DNA from: Bdellovibrionota bacterium
GTDB lineage: Bacteria > Bdellovibrionota_C > UBA2361 > OMII01
DNA: 25,180 bases
Assembly (NCBI GenBank): GCA_044345405.1
Contig: JBIJBE010000047.1
Location: forward strand, 1 to 25,180
Direction of reading: 5' to 3'
Each line of letters begins with the position of its first letter. Within the stretch, counting starts at the first letter, position 1. Below, one piece after another: positions 1-8,102 of this stretch. Below the pieces are notes generated by a model. That model saw nothing but the letters and a program-made list of their open reading frames with translations. It had not been told where the DNA came from and ran no database searches. A program made the translations under genes and the position numbers.

Positions 1-582
1 GAGAGCGTTCTGTGTAAAAGCTCTCACGAACTCAAGCGAGATCTAAAAGCGAGCGTTTTCACCGCGCTCCACTTCATCTCTGATTTTCGCAAGAGCGGGG
101 AAGAGGGGAGCGAGGTAGTATTTACAGAGGCGCTCACCAAGCGGGTCGTTCGAACGCCTCAAGATGAGCATTCGGCGCTGCTCGGTATGATTGGGGAGGT
201 TGGCTACGCGGGAATCTCTTTCGCGGATCTCGTTGGTCGATTCTCCGCGGCGTTTCCTGGTCGATATGATGAACGAGCGGTGATGCACGGTCTTGTTCGT
301 CTCTGGCGATGGGGGCTTCTCGATGTCGCGCTTGAGCGAGCGCCCATACGAACCGAACCGAGTGGAAATGCCCGCGTATCGAGACTCGCGCGATATCAGG
401 CCTCTGTCGGAGAGCGATCGGTGACCTCCTTACAGCACCGCTCATGTGATCTCTCCGCTGTTGAGCGTGAGGTGATCATCGCCTCCGATGGCTCTCGGGA
501 TTTTAGAGATATCGCGAACACCTCATCCGCTAACGAGGAAGCGGTGCGGCGACTCTTATCCTTGGGATTCTTCTACGAGTAG
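1..582 (+). CDS. Partial (5'-truncated) CDS; probably the C-terminal part of a SAM-dependent methyltransferase with a regulatory domain
   Basis: Frame 1 is open from base 1 (ESVLCKSSHELKRDL...) to TAG at 580-582. ESVLC and RVSRLARYQA...VTSLQH...DGSRD resemble the C-terminus of MethyTransf_Reg-containing methyltransferases (recalled). The catalytic domain lies outside the window. Confidence 0.55.
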   Translation, partial: ESVLCKSSHELKRDLKASVFTALHFISDFRKSGEEGSEVVFTEALTKRVVRTPQDEHSALLGMIGEVGYAGISFADLVGRFSAAFPGRYDERAVMHGLVRLWRWGLLDVALERAPIRTEPSGNARVSRLARYQASVGERSVTSLQHRSCDLSAVEREVIIASDGSRDFRDIANTSSANEEAVRRLLSLGFFYE

Positions 583-1428
583 AGCGTGCTCCGCTCGTCT
601 CGGACGCTTGAGCTGCATAATCACGCCGATCGCTAGCGTGATGAATGCCATAAAGGCCCATTCATACACATAGCCGAGATGAATATCCGGTGGTGGCGTA
701 ATGTCGTACGTTGGGATCGGATATCGAATATCAGGGGAGTCCATGCCGAAGTTCTCGACGTTCTTCTGACCCGTCAGCATGAGGACGTCGTTACGCCCCG
801 CGCTTCCTTCGCGCACGATCTTTGAGGCGAGGAGGGGATCGTTTGGATCCTGCATGACCTCGATGTAGACCGGCAGCACCTGGTAGGGTAGCTGTTTTCG
901 CATCTCAGGAATGTTGACCCGTAACCACTGATCAACCCACGGTCTGCCATCTCCCGCAGGCGGATCGTTCGGCGCCATAAATTTGGGAGCCATCGAGTTC
1001 TTCACGAGACCGAAGAGCTCAACGTGGGCCGGTTCCTGGTACTGAGTTCGTTGATCTTTCGCCTCTCGGCCTAGTGGAATGAAGCCACGGTCAACTAAGA
1101 GGTAGGCGTCCGAGTTGTCTATCTTGAGTGGCGTTATCGCGTGCGCTCCCGCGCGCCCCTCAAGGTTTCTATTCCGAAGCAGGGTCTCATGCGCGAAATC
1201 GTACGCTCCCGAAACCTTTATCCTGCGAAAGGTGAGCTCTTCCCACTGAGGATTCGTTGTCAGGAGGTCAGCAAGGGGGATCGGCTCTAAGGTAAGGGTC
1301 TCATGAAGGTGTTGAATGAGCTCCTGCTTCTGAAGGTGTCGTCCCCACTGCCATACGGAGGCGCATACCATCCCAATAGCGAGGGCGCCGGTCACAACGG
1401 TTACCTTGAGTGAAAAACGAAATTCCAT
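556..1428 (-). CDS. SURF1/Shy1 family protein (heme-copper oxidase assembly factor)
   Basis: N-terminal TM followed by WQWGR, then GAHAITPL, LLVDRGFIP and C-terminal HLGYVYEW plus a second TM, all SURF1 hallmarks. ATG at 1428 is preferred over the ORF-track start at 1488. The 3' end overlaps the convergent gene by 27 bp. Confidence 0.9.
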   Translation of the reverse strand: MEFRFSLKVTVVTGALAIGMVCASVWQWGRHLQKQELIQHLHETLTLEPIPLADLLTTNPQWEELTFRRIKVSGAYDFAHETLLRNRNLEGRAGAHAITPLKIDNSDAYLLVDRGFIPLGREAKDQRTQYQEPAHVELFGLVKNSMAPKFMAPNDPPAGDGRPWVDQWLRVNIPEMRKQLPYQVLPVYIEVMQDPNDPLLASKIVREGSAGRNDVLMLTGQKNVENFGMDSPDIRYPIPTYDITPPPDIHLGYVYEWAFMAFITLAIGVIMQLKRPRRAEHALLVEESQG

Positions 1429-1434
1429 GGTGTA

Positions 1435-1440
1435 ATTGTA
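1435..1440 (-). promoter_or_regulatory. Putative -10 box (TACAAT) 6 nt upstream of the SURF1 ATG
   Basis: Minus strand reads TACAAT-tacacc-ATG, with no Shine-Dalgarno sequence. Confidence 0.45.
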
Positions 1441-1614
1441 GCTTTCATCGAGGTGAGAGAACAGATTACCAGCGGATGCTAGGGACAATGCTTCCTATAT
1501 GTTGCGATCGCTCCAGGGGCATGGGGCGGCCGGTTCGGGCTTAGGGATTGCCAGGAGGCGCTCAGGGGGATGTAAAAAGTTTGCAACCAACTGAAAAAAC
1601 TGCCCATTTCCTCT

Positions 1615-1643
1615 GTGACCTGATGCGCCGAGAGTGCTATTGT
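1615..1643 (+). promoter_or_regulatory. Putative sigma70 promoter of the KAS III pair
   Basis: GTGACC (1615-1620), 17 bp spacer, TATTGT (1638-1643) with extended TG at 1635-1636. Confidence 0.45.
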
Positions 1644-1694
1644 TAGGCCGCTCACAGTTGCGCGCCGGTCATGGCGCTGAGGAGGAAGTTGACG

Positions 1695-2675
1695 ATGTTT
1701 ATTCTCGGGATAGGTGCCGCTCATCCTGATGTTGAGATCACAGATGAGGTTCTCGCCTCGCTGGGGCTCACGCCAACAGATCAGGAGGCCCGATCGCTTG
1801 CTCGCTTCGGAGTTCGCTCCCGACGCGCCTCCCTTCCCCTTGAGTACATTAAAGACACAAAGAATAGAGAGGTCCTTGAGGCGCGTCCTCAAGCGCTCGC
1901 CACTCCTACTTCGCTTGCGGCTGCCGCAAGTCGCCAGGCTCTTGAGCGAGCTGGTATTACAGCTGAACAGATCGGCCTTATCCTCGCGGACACCGCGACC
2001 CCGTATCAAACATGTCCATCGGAAGCTCAGCGACTTGGCTGCGCCCTTGGTGTAAAGATTCCAGCTTACGATGTTGTTGTTGGCGCGGCCTCGCTTCCGC
2101 TCTACCTTGAGATGTTGTCTTCGTGGAAGCCCGAGCGGATTCCCGATTACGTTTTGTGCGTCTCTACAAACACCTTCTCTCAGCACGTAGCCTACGGCGG
2201 CTCGTCCACGATTCCGGCGTATCTCTACGGAGACGCCGCTTCCGCGTTCGTTCTCTCTCCGCGGCATGCGGGTAAGATGAAGGTAGCGAGTTCTTTCGTG
2301 GAGAATTCTACGAAACGACCAGCGAGCTCGGTTGTTGAGCGTCACGTTTCGTGCCCAACAGATGCCGCGCTTTCAGCGGGCGAGATCGTTGAAAAGCTCT
2401 CGCTCTCACTCGGTCGACTCTCAGCCGCAAAGGCTCCGACGAAGGTAGTTGGACCGCAACTCTACGCGGGTGAGTTCGGTGAGTACGAGAAGGCGCTTGG
2501 ACTCGCTCAGGGCTCGATGATTTCAGGGACGCGAGATGTTGGCTACGCGCTCGGCGTGAGCGCTGGTGTCGCATTATCATCGATGTGGGATTCCGCGCGA
2601 GCGGGTGACGTCATCGCGGTGCTTCACGCGGGTGATGGCGCGTGGGGTGGAAGTGTCGTGGTAGCTGCGGAGTAG
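1695..2675 (+). CDS. 3-oxoacyl-ACP synthase III (FabH)-like protein, catalytic triad absent
   Basis: KAS III fold motifs are present (ILGIG, ALERAGI, YLYGDAASAFVL, C-terminal GAWGGSVV). Cys, His and Asn positions read VGAAS, GPQLY and VGYAL. SD GGAGGA precedes ATG 1695; an alternative ATG lies at 1671. Confidence 0.85.
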   Translation: MFILGIGAAHPDVEITDEVLASLGLTPTDQEARSLARFGVRSRRASLPLEYIKDTKNREVLEARPQALATPTSLAAAASRQALERAGITAEQIGLILADTATPYQTCPSEAQRLGCALGVKIPAYDVVVGAASLPLYLEMLSSWKPERIPDYVLCVSTNTFSQHVAYGGSSTIPAYLYGDAASAFVLSPRHAGKMKVASSFVENSTKRPASSVVERHVSCPTDAALSAGEIVEKLSLSLGRLSAAKAPTKVVGPQLYAGEFGEYEKALGLAQGSMISGTRDVGYALGVSAGVALSSMWDSARAGDVIAVLHAGDGAWGGSVVVAAE

Positions 2676-2686
2676 GCGAGGGAGAT

Positions 2687-3670
2687 ATGCTTCATATTTT
2701 GGGCATGGGCGCATGCCACCCAGACACGGTTGTTGATAATAAATTCCTTGAGGATCTCGACGTTGGGACGAACGCGCAGTGGATCGAGGAGAAGATCGGT
2801 GTTTTGACCCGCGTTACAACCCTCACCCTTGATTACATCAAGACCACCCGCAATCAGGATCCCCGTATGGCGCACGAGGTCGCGTCGATGACACCTGAGG
2901 ATATGGGTGTTAAAGCGGCTGAGGAGGCTCTTAAAAAAGTTGGTATCACCGCGCAGCAAGTTGGCATGGTGATCGTAAATTGCTGCACACCACGCAAAAC
3001 CGTTCCGAGCGAGGCGGTGCGTATCGCTGAGCGACTTGGGTGTTCAGGCAAAGCCTTCGATGTGTACACGGCGTGCCCAGCGTTCGCGCTTCACATCGAC
3101 TTCCTTCGAAACTACCAAGAGGAGAAACTTCCTGAGTTCATCCTGTGCATCTCAACGGCGGCGATGACCCAGCACGTGAACTACAACGATCGGTCAGATG
3201 GAGCGATTTGGGGTGATGGCGCCGCGGCGTGGATCGTTTCACCGGTTCACAAAGGTCGGCTTGAGATGGTCGATTCAACCTACACCGCCGATCCAAGTCG
3301 GTGCGAAGCCGTTGTTGTCGATACCTTCCAGCATTTCCGACAAGATGGACGCGCCGTTCGAGATTTCTCTGTGCGTCAGACCGTTCGTTTGATTAAAGCG
3401 CTGGAGACCGCGTATCCGATCGACTGGAATCGAGATGTGTTCATCGGTCACCAAGCGAATCGAACCATGCTTGAGCAGATTACGAATAATCGCGAGATCC
3501 CACCTACGAATCACTGGCACAACGTTACCTACCTAGGTAATCAGGCCGGCGCGGGCGCGCCAGCGGTGTTGAGTGGGCACTGGGATCAGATTCAGCCAGG
3601 TCAGCAGATCGTTGTCGCGGTGGTTGGAGCCGGATTGAGTTGGGGCTCTATCTTGATGCGGGCGGTGTAG
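2687..3670 (+). CDS. fabH: 3-oxoacyl-ACP synthase III (FabH family), active-type
   Basis: Intact triad: TAC(Cys)PAF, GH(His)QAN, LGN(Asn)QAG. Also WGDGAAA and VGAGLSWG. SD GAGGGAG precedes ATG 2687. Confidence 0.88.
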   Translation: MLHILGMGACHPDTVVDNKFLEDLDVGTNAQWIEEKIGVLTRVTTLTLDYIKTTRNQDPRMAHEVASMTPEDMGVKAAEEALKKVGITAQQVGMVIVNCCTPRKTVPSEAVRIAERLGCSGKAFDVYTACPAFALHIDFLRNYQEEKLPEFILCISTAAMTQHVNYNDRSDGAIWGDGAAAWIVSPVHKGRLEMVDSTYTADPSRCEAVVVDTFQHFRQDGRAVRDFSVRQTVRLIKALETAYPIDWNRDVFIGHQANRTMLEQITNNREIPPTNHWHNVTYLGNQAGAGAPAVLSGHWDQIQPGQQIVVAVVGAGLSWGSILMRAV

Positions 3671-3819
3671 CCCACCTCGTTTCTAGATAGTATTGCGAGA
3701 GTCCTGCCACGCACGCCCCAACTTTTTCGACACCTTTTCGGGAGGGGGCTTCGGCGCCTACGGGAAAATGAGTGCCCGAAACTCTTAGGTAGGGAAATCT
3801 TGAGGTGCGAGTGCGCGAC

Positions 3820-5202
3820 TTAGACCTTAGTGAGGTCTTCCCCTTTTTCCATGAGGGCCTCTTTGCGAATATCCCCCAGCAAAATTCCAAGAAGCATCCA
3901 CACGATAATCATCACCTCGCTATCGCCGAAGTTGTATTCAACGAGGCCCGCAGTTTGCCACGAGATGATCGCGCATCCTATCGCCACGTGCAGTCCTGAG
4001 AGGGGACGACGGAAGCATGCTCGAAGAACCGCGTAGATAAACCACACAAAGATACCCACGGTGAGGATGCCGCTCTCAGCCGCGATGTTGATCAGGTTAT
4101 TGTGAAAGTGCTTCAGTTCGGGCGGAATCTCTAAGGAGAACTGACGCATGATTCCGCTGTTATGGTAGCCGATGCCGAGCGGATATTGCGAGATAAGGTC
4201 ACCGCCGATCCGCCAAATGGTGCTGCGGCCACCTGAGATCGTAAAGTGGTCGTATGAAACCGCGAGGCGTTCTCGTATGGGCGGAACGGCGATCGCGGTA
4301 AGCACCGCCGCGCCGACGATGAAGGCGAGAAACTTTCGCGCGAAGAGAAAGCAGAGCACTCCGATTCCCAGCGCAACGCCCAGCCACGGACCCCGTTTAA
4401 GATTCAAGAGGAGCGCGGAGAGCAGAAGGGGGAGATAGAGGGTCGCGAAGGTTAGCAATCCGCGAGCCGCCTGTGTTTGTGGTGCCGCGGCTTTAAGCAG
4501 TAGCGCGATCAAAATTCCGCCGCCTATCCAAAGAGATGTAAGGATCGTCGGGTCGATAGCGATGTCCCGATAAAAGCCGAAGGAGCAGAGCATCATGAGC
4601 GCGAGCGCTCCACAGGTCGCGGCCGCGCGAGGGGTCGCGGGCGGCATCGTTCCGTGAGCTCGCACAAACTTCTGCCATGTTAAACCGAGACAGATAAGCA
4701 CCGAGAGCGCGAGTTGTCCTGATTCCGTGACGCTACCCAGAAAGAAGCTGGGGATGCTGGGAAATGCCGAGCTTACAACGGTATGGGCCGCCGCTATCGC
4801 TTGCCCGGTAACGAGCGCGAGGGGCACGAAGTACGAGCTGCCGTAGTCTCTAAACGCGAGAACCGTGAGCGAGAAGAATACCAGTGAGAGAAGGGGGGAG
4901 ACGCTACGAAGGGGATCTATTCCGGTGATCGCTGAGAGCGTTGTAGAGAGAAGGAGGAACGCAAGGGGAACGAGGATGGCTCGCTCACGAGGTGATCCGC
5001 TGAGTACACCGTACCTCCACGCGCTCGACGCCACCCATAAGAGGATAAGGGGAACGAGGACGATGTACGTGAGGGCTAGCTTGAGGGGAATGAGGATCGC
5101 GACCAGTATGCACGCGAGCCGAAGAGCGTTGGCACAGGGTGGGGCGAGAGCCGTTCTTGTGCCACCAGTTTGTATCCATTCGGCTTTGGAGGTACTCGAC
5201 AT
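3820..5202 (-). CDS. O-antigen ligase / Wzy_C family polytopic membrane protein
   Basis: Many TM segments; KRGPWLG, GRSTIWR, YPLGIG and HFHNNLINIAAESG match WaaL-like motifs. Confidence 0.85.
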   Translation of the reverse strand: MSSTSKAEWIQTGGTRTALAPPCANALRLACILVAILIPLKLALTYIVLVPLILLWVASSAWRYGVLSGSPRERAILVPLAFLLLSTTLSAITGIDPLRSVSPLLSLVFFSLTVLAFRDYGSSYFVPLALVTGQAIAAAHTVVSSAFPSIPSFFLGSVTESGQLALSVLICLGLTWQKFVRAHGTMPPATPRAAATCGALALMMLCSFGFYRDIAIDPTILTSLWIGGGILIALLLKAAAPQTQAARGLLTFATLYLPLLLSALLLNLKRGPWLGVALGIGVLCFLFARKFLAFIVGAAVLTAIAVPPIRERLAVSYDHFTISGGRSTIWRIGGDLISQYPLGIGYHNSGIMRQFSLEIPPELKHFHNNLINIAAESGILTVGIFVWFIYAVLRACFRRPLSGLHVAIGCAIISWQTAGLVEYNFGDSEVMIIVWMLLGILLGDIRKEALMEKGEDLTKV

Positions 5203-5312
5203 GCCTTCACGATACGCAAAAAGTTATATCCCTATCGCGCGCGATGTCGAGCGCCCGGTTCTCACCGCTGAGTCCAGGCAGACAAAGCCACTACCGGCGA
5301 AGTTGCCTGGCG

Positions 5313-6413
5313 TTATTGGGGAAGATCTCCAAAATCTTCGCCCTCTCCCTCAGGAACTTGCTCGGCGTTCTGGCTCTGCTCCCGCATCAGTCGAGCGAGC
5401 TCAACTGAGTTAGGATTATTGTTCTCAGCGAGTTTGCGGTCAGCGAAGGCTACGCTCTCGTCGTCGATGTTGATGTGGTCTCCGACGTCCTTGAGAAGGA
5501 TCTTGTCCGCCTCAGGATTTTGAGAGTTTTCAAGCTCCTCAAAGACGGCCTGCACTCCGGGAAGTCCAGCGTTCAACAACGCCTTTACGCCGAGGTGGGA
5601 GCCTGGAAGGCGCTCACGAACGAACTCCTGATAGACAGGGATAGCTTCTTCATCGGGAATCACCTCGCCGATGCCGATGCCTTGCGCGTAGTAGAGATCG
5701 GGGTCTCCCCTCTCCTTAACGTCCTTGATCAAAAGCTCCGCGGCGAGCTTCGTTCCTTGATTTGTCACAGCGGCTACGGAAGCCTCTCGAAGGGTGTCAT
5801 TTGAGGAGCCCATCTGCTCTCCAAGGAGGGTAACGACATCCTCTCGTCCGAGGCTCAGCTCAAGCGCTTCAGCGTAGAGGTCCGCGCTATCGTTGGAGGG
5901 CGCGTTCTTCACAGCGTCGATCAAGGCTTGAACGTTCTCTGTTCGCCCGCTTATCGCGAGGAGTTCCGCTAGGTAGGCGCGTTGCTCTTGAGGTGTGTTT
6001 TGATTGTTAGCGAGATCGCGCACCGAGGTGTAGAACTCAGCGCACCATGCGCAGTTCGGATCGGGGAGGGTAAACTGCTCAAGGATTGAATCGTCGTAGT
6101 CCTTAGCTCCCTTAAGCACCGCCGCGAGGGCCTCTTCAGCGGACGCGTACGCTTCAGGGGCTGGCTTGATCTGCTCCTCTGGCTCCTGATCGTTGCCCGT
6201 TATCGGGGCGGTATCGTTGTTTTGCTGGATGTTCATTGAGGTGCGAGCAACCGTCTCGCTCTTCGGATTCGATTGAGGTGAGGGGTTCGTGGACGTGGTG
6301 CTTGCGGTATCAGTTGAGGTCGGGGGAGTTGTTCGAGAGCCAAAGAATGTATACGCGGCCACGGAAGCGACGATAACAAGCACAACGATAAGGAGTGGAG
6401 AGAGCTTCTTCAT
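5313..6413 (-). CDS. Hypothetical membrane-anchored acidic alpha-helical (HEAT-like) protein with a CxxC motif
   Basis: 366-aa ORF with SD-like AAGGA upstream, N-terminal TM, Thr/Ser/Pro linker, CAWC, and amphipathic helical repeats. Confidence 0.7.
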   Translation of the reverse strand: MKKLSPLLIVVLVIVASVAAYTFFGSRTTPPTSTDTASTTSTNPSPQSNPKSETVARTSMNIQQNNDTAPITGNDQEPEEQIKPAPEAYASAEEALAAVLKGAKDYDDSILEQFTLPDPNCAWCAEFYTSVRDLANNQNTPQEQRAYLAELLAISGRTENVQALIDAVKNAPSNDSADLYAEALELSLGREDVVTLLGEQMGSSNDTLREASVAAVTNQGTKLAAELLIKDVKERGDPDLYYAQGIGIGEVIPDEEAIPVYQEFVRERLPGSHLGVKALLNAGLPGVQAVFEELENSQNPEADKILLKDVGDHINIDDESVAFADRKLAENNNPNSVELARLMREQSQNAEQVPEGEGEDFGDLPQ

Positions 6414-6890
6414 TCTTTATTTTTCCTTTGGTACTTCGGACGAGTGGTCGCTGTAAAAGCGGCACTCGCCAGGTATGTCCTCGTGAGCCTTCTACCTATA
6501 GGGAGTCGAAGGTTCAAACGAACCGAGACTCAACGGGGCTTTGCGTGAGAGTTCGACGCACACGCGCGCAAATAATTTACACAAAACTCCCCGAGGTCGG
6601 TCCCTATTTATAGAGTATAGGGCAGGGGGAGGGAAAGGTGCTTTGTGCGGTCTTTTGGTTCTAGAGGCTTGTGATAGTTAGATATTTTGAATGTCGGTCG
6701 CCCCTCTCCCGAGCGAACCGGTCTGTGCGCGGCCTCATGTATCTCAACGAGCTACCCGACGAAGCGAGTCCGTCGGGCACTCGCCCTCCCCATGTTTGTC
6801 TGTCGTCGAGCGACCTACCCGTTCGGGAAGTGCCCACCCATGGTGCTATTCGGAAAATTAACGAATGATACCAGTGGTTTGTTTGGCTTG

Positions 6891-7949
6891 CTACATCGGC
6901 CGGAAGTCGGTTTTGGCCGAGATGCTCGTCACGAAGTGAACCAAGATCTTAATGGCAAGCTCGAGATCCTTGTATGCGCACACCTCAGCCTGGGTGTGCA
7001 TGTACCGATTCGGGATGCCGATTGCCGCCGCGGCGACACCGCCTCGCGCCACTTGAATGGTGTTCGCGTCGTTTCCGAGGGGGCGGGTTGTCGGAGCGAT
7101 CTGGAAGGCGCTCTTTGTCTTCTTTGCGGAGTCCCTCAACATCCGTTCAACGACCGGATTGATGTTAGGTCCTGCGGAGATCGTTGGGCCGGCCCCAAGT
7201 TTACATGGGGTGGCTTTCGAGTTCTCGTTTCCGGGATTATCACTGGCGTGGGTTACGTCGATCGCGATGCCGACCTCGGGGTTAATTCCGTAGGCGGATG
7301 TTTGCGCCCCGCGAAGCCCGACCTCCTCTTGTACGGTGCTCACGGCGTAGAGCCCTACGTTTAACTTTTTCTTCGAGCAGATACGTAAGACCTCCATCGC
7401 GACGAAGAGTCCGACCTTATCGTCGAGTCCTGGCGCTGAGATAAGACCGTTTCCGAGGTCAAGAACTGAGAGGTGAAAGGTTGCGACATCGCCGATTTTC
7501 ACCCGTTTTTCGGCGGCTTTCTTATCTTTCGCCCCGATGTCGATCCAGATTCTATCGATATCGTTCTTTGTCTTATCGCGCTCTTCGCCGCTCTGCGCGT
7601 GAATTGGTTTTCGACCGATGATTCCCTCGACGGGCCCCTTCTCGGTGTGGATTGTGACTCGGGCCGCGTGAAGCACGCCGACATCGATTCCTCCGAGCGC
7701 GGAGACGTAAATGTAACCGTCGCTTGAGATGTGTCGCACCATCAATCCGATCTGATCGCAGTGACCGGCGAGCATGACTTTTCGGGGAGCCTTAGGATTG
7801 AGGGCGCAGATCACGTTTCCGTGGAGATCGGTCTCAATAGAGTCGGCATACGCTTTCATGCGTTGCCGAACGAGTCGTTGGACCGGCTGTTCATGTCCAG
7901 TGGGTGAGGGGGTCAGGAGAAGCGAGTGAAGAAAGTCTTTTGATTCCAT
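6891..7949 (-). CDS. M42 family metallo-aminopeptidase (TET-like)
   Basis: Motifs SPTGHE, AGHCDQIG, LGGID, IDIGA, LDDKVG, QEEVGLRGA, IDVTH and RYMHT. Confidence 0.93.
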   Translation of the reverse strand: MESKDFLHSLLLTPSPTGHEQPVQRLVRQRMKAYADSIETDLHGNVICALNPKAPRKVMLAGHCDQIGLMVRHISSDGYIYVSALGGIDVGVLHAARVTIHTEKGPVEGIIGRKPIHAQSGEERDKTKNDIDRIWIDIGAKDKKAAEKRVKIGDVATFHLSVLDLGNGLISAPGLDDKVGLFVAMEVLRICSKKKLNVGLYAVSTVQEEVGLRGAQTSAYGINPEVGIAIDVTHASDNPGNENSKATPCKLGAGPTISAGPNINPVVERMLRDSAKKTKSAFQIAPTTRPLGNDANTIQVARGGVAAAAIGIPNRYMHTQAEVCAYKDLELAIKILVHFVTSISAKTDFRPM

Positions 7950-8102
7950 CTGTCGAAAACCTTGTGGTGGTGTTGTTCAATATGATGATGCGTTGGGATT
8001 TCTCGATGCGCCACTCTTCTCTTTTTGCTAGTGGTCTTGGGGGGATAAGTGGTCTAAAACATCAAACACCACCTCATATCTATCATTTTGTCGCGTCACC
8101 TC

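Noticed and set aside
1479-2345. 288-aa minus-strand ORF
   Set aside because: Antisense shadow of the KAS III-like gene; Arg/Ser-rich with no motifs.
1695-2675. Calling the first KAS III copy a pseudogene
   Set aside because: It is full length with no stop or frameshift, and has a strong SD and a candidate promoter.
3671-3819. Inverted repeat (CACCTC/GAGGTG) and a 10-mer shared with 6773-6782
   Set aside because: Short matches are plausible by chance in GC-rich DNA, and there are no transposase or target-site duplications to support a MITE.
6040-6054. CxxC as a c-type heme site
   Set aside because: The sequence is CAWCA, not CxxCH.
6671-7364. Plus-strand ORFs of 65 aa and 225 aa
   Set aside because: The longer one is mostly antisense to the M42 gene. 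Both have non-ATG starts and no recognisable motifs.
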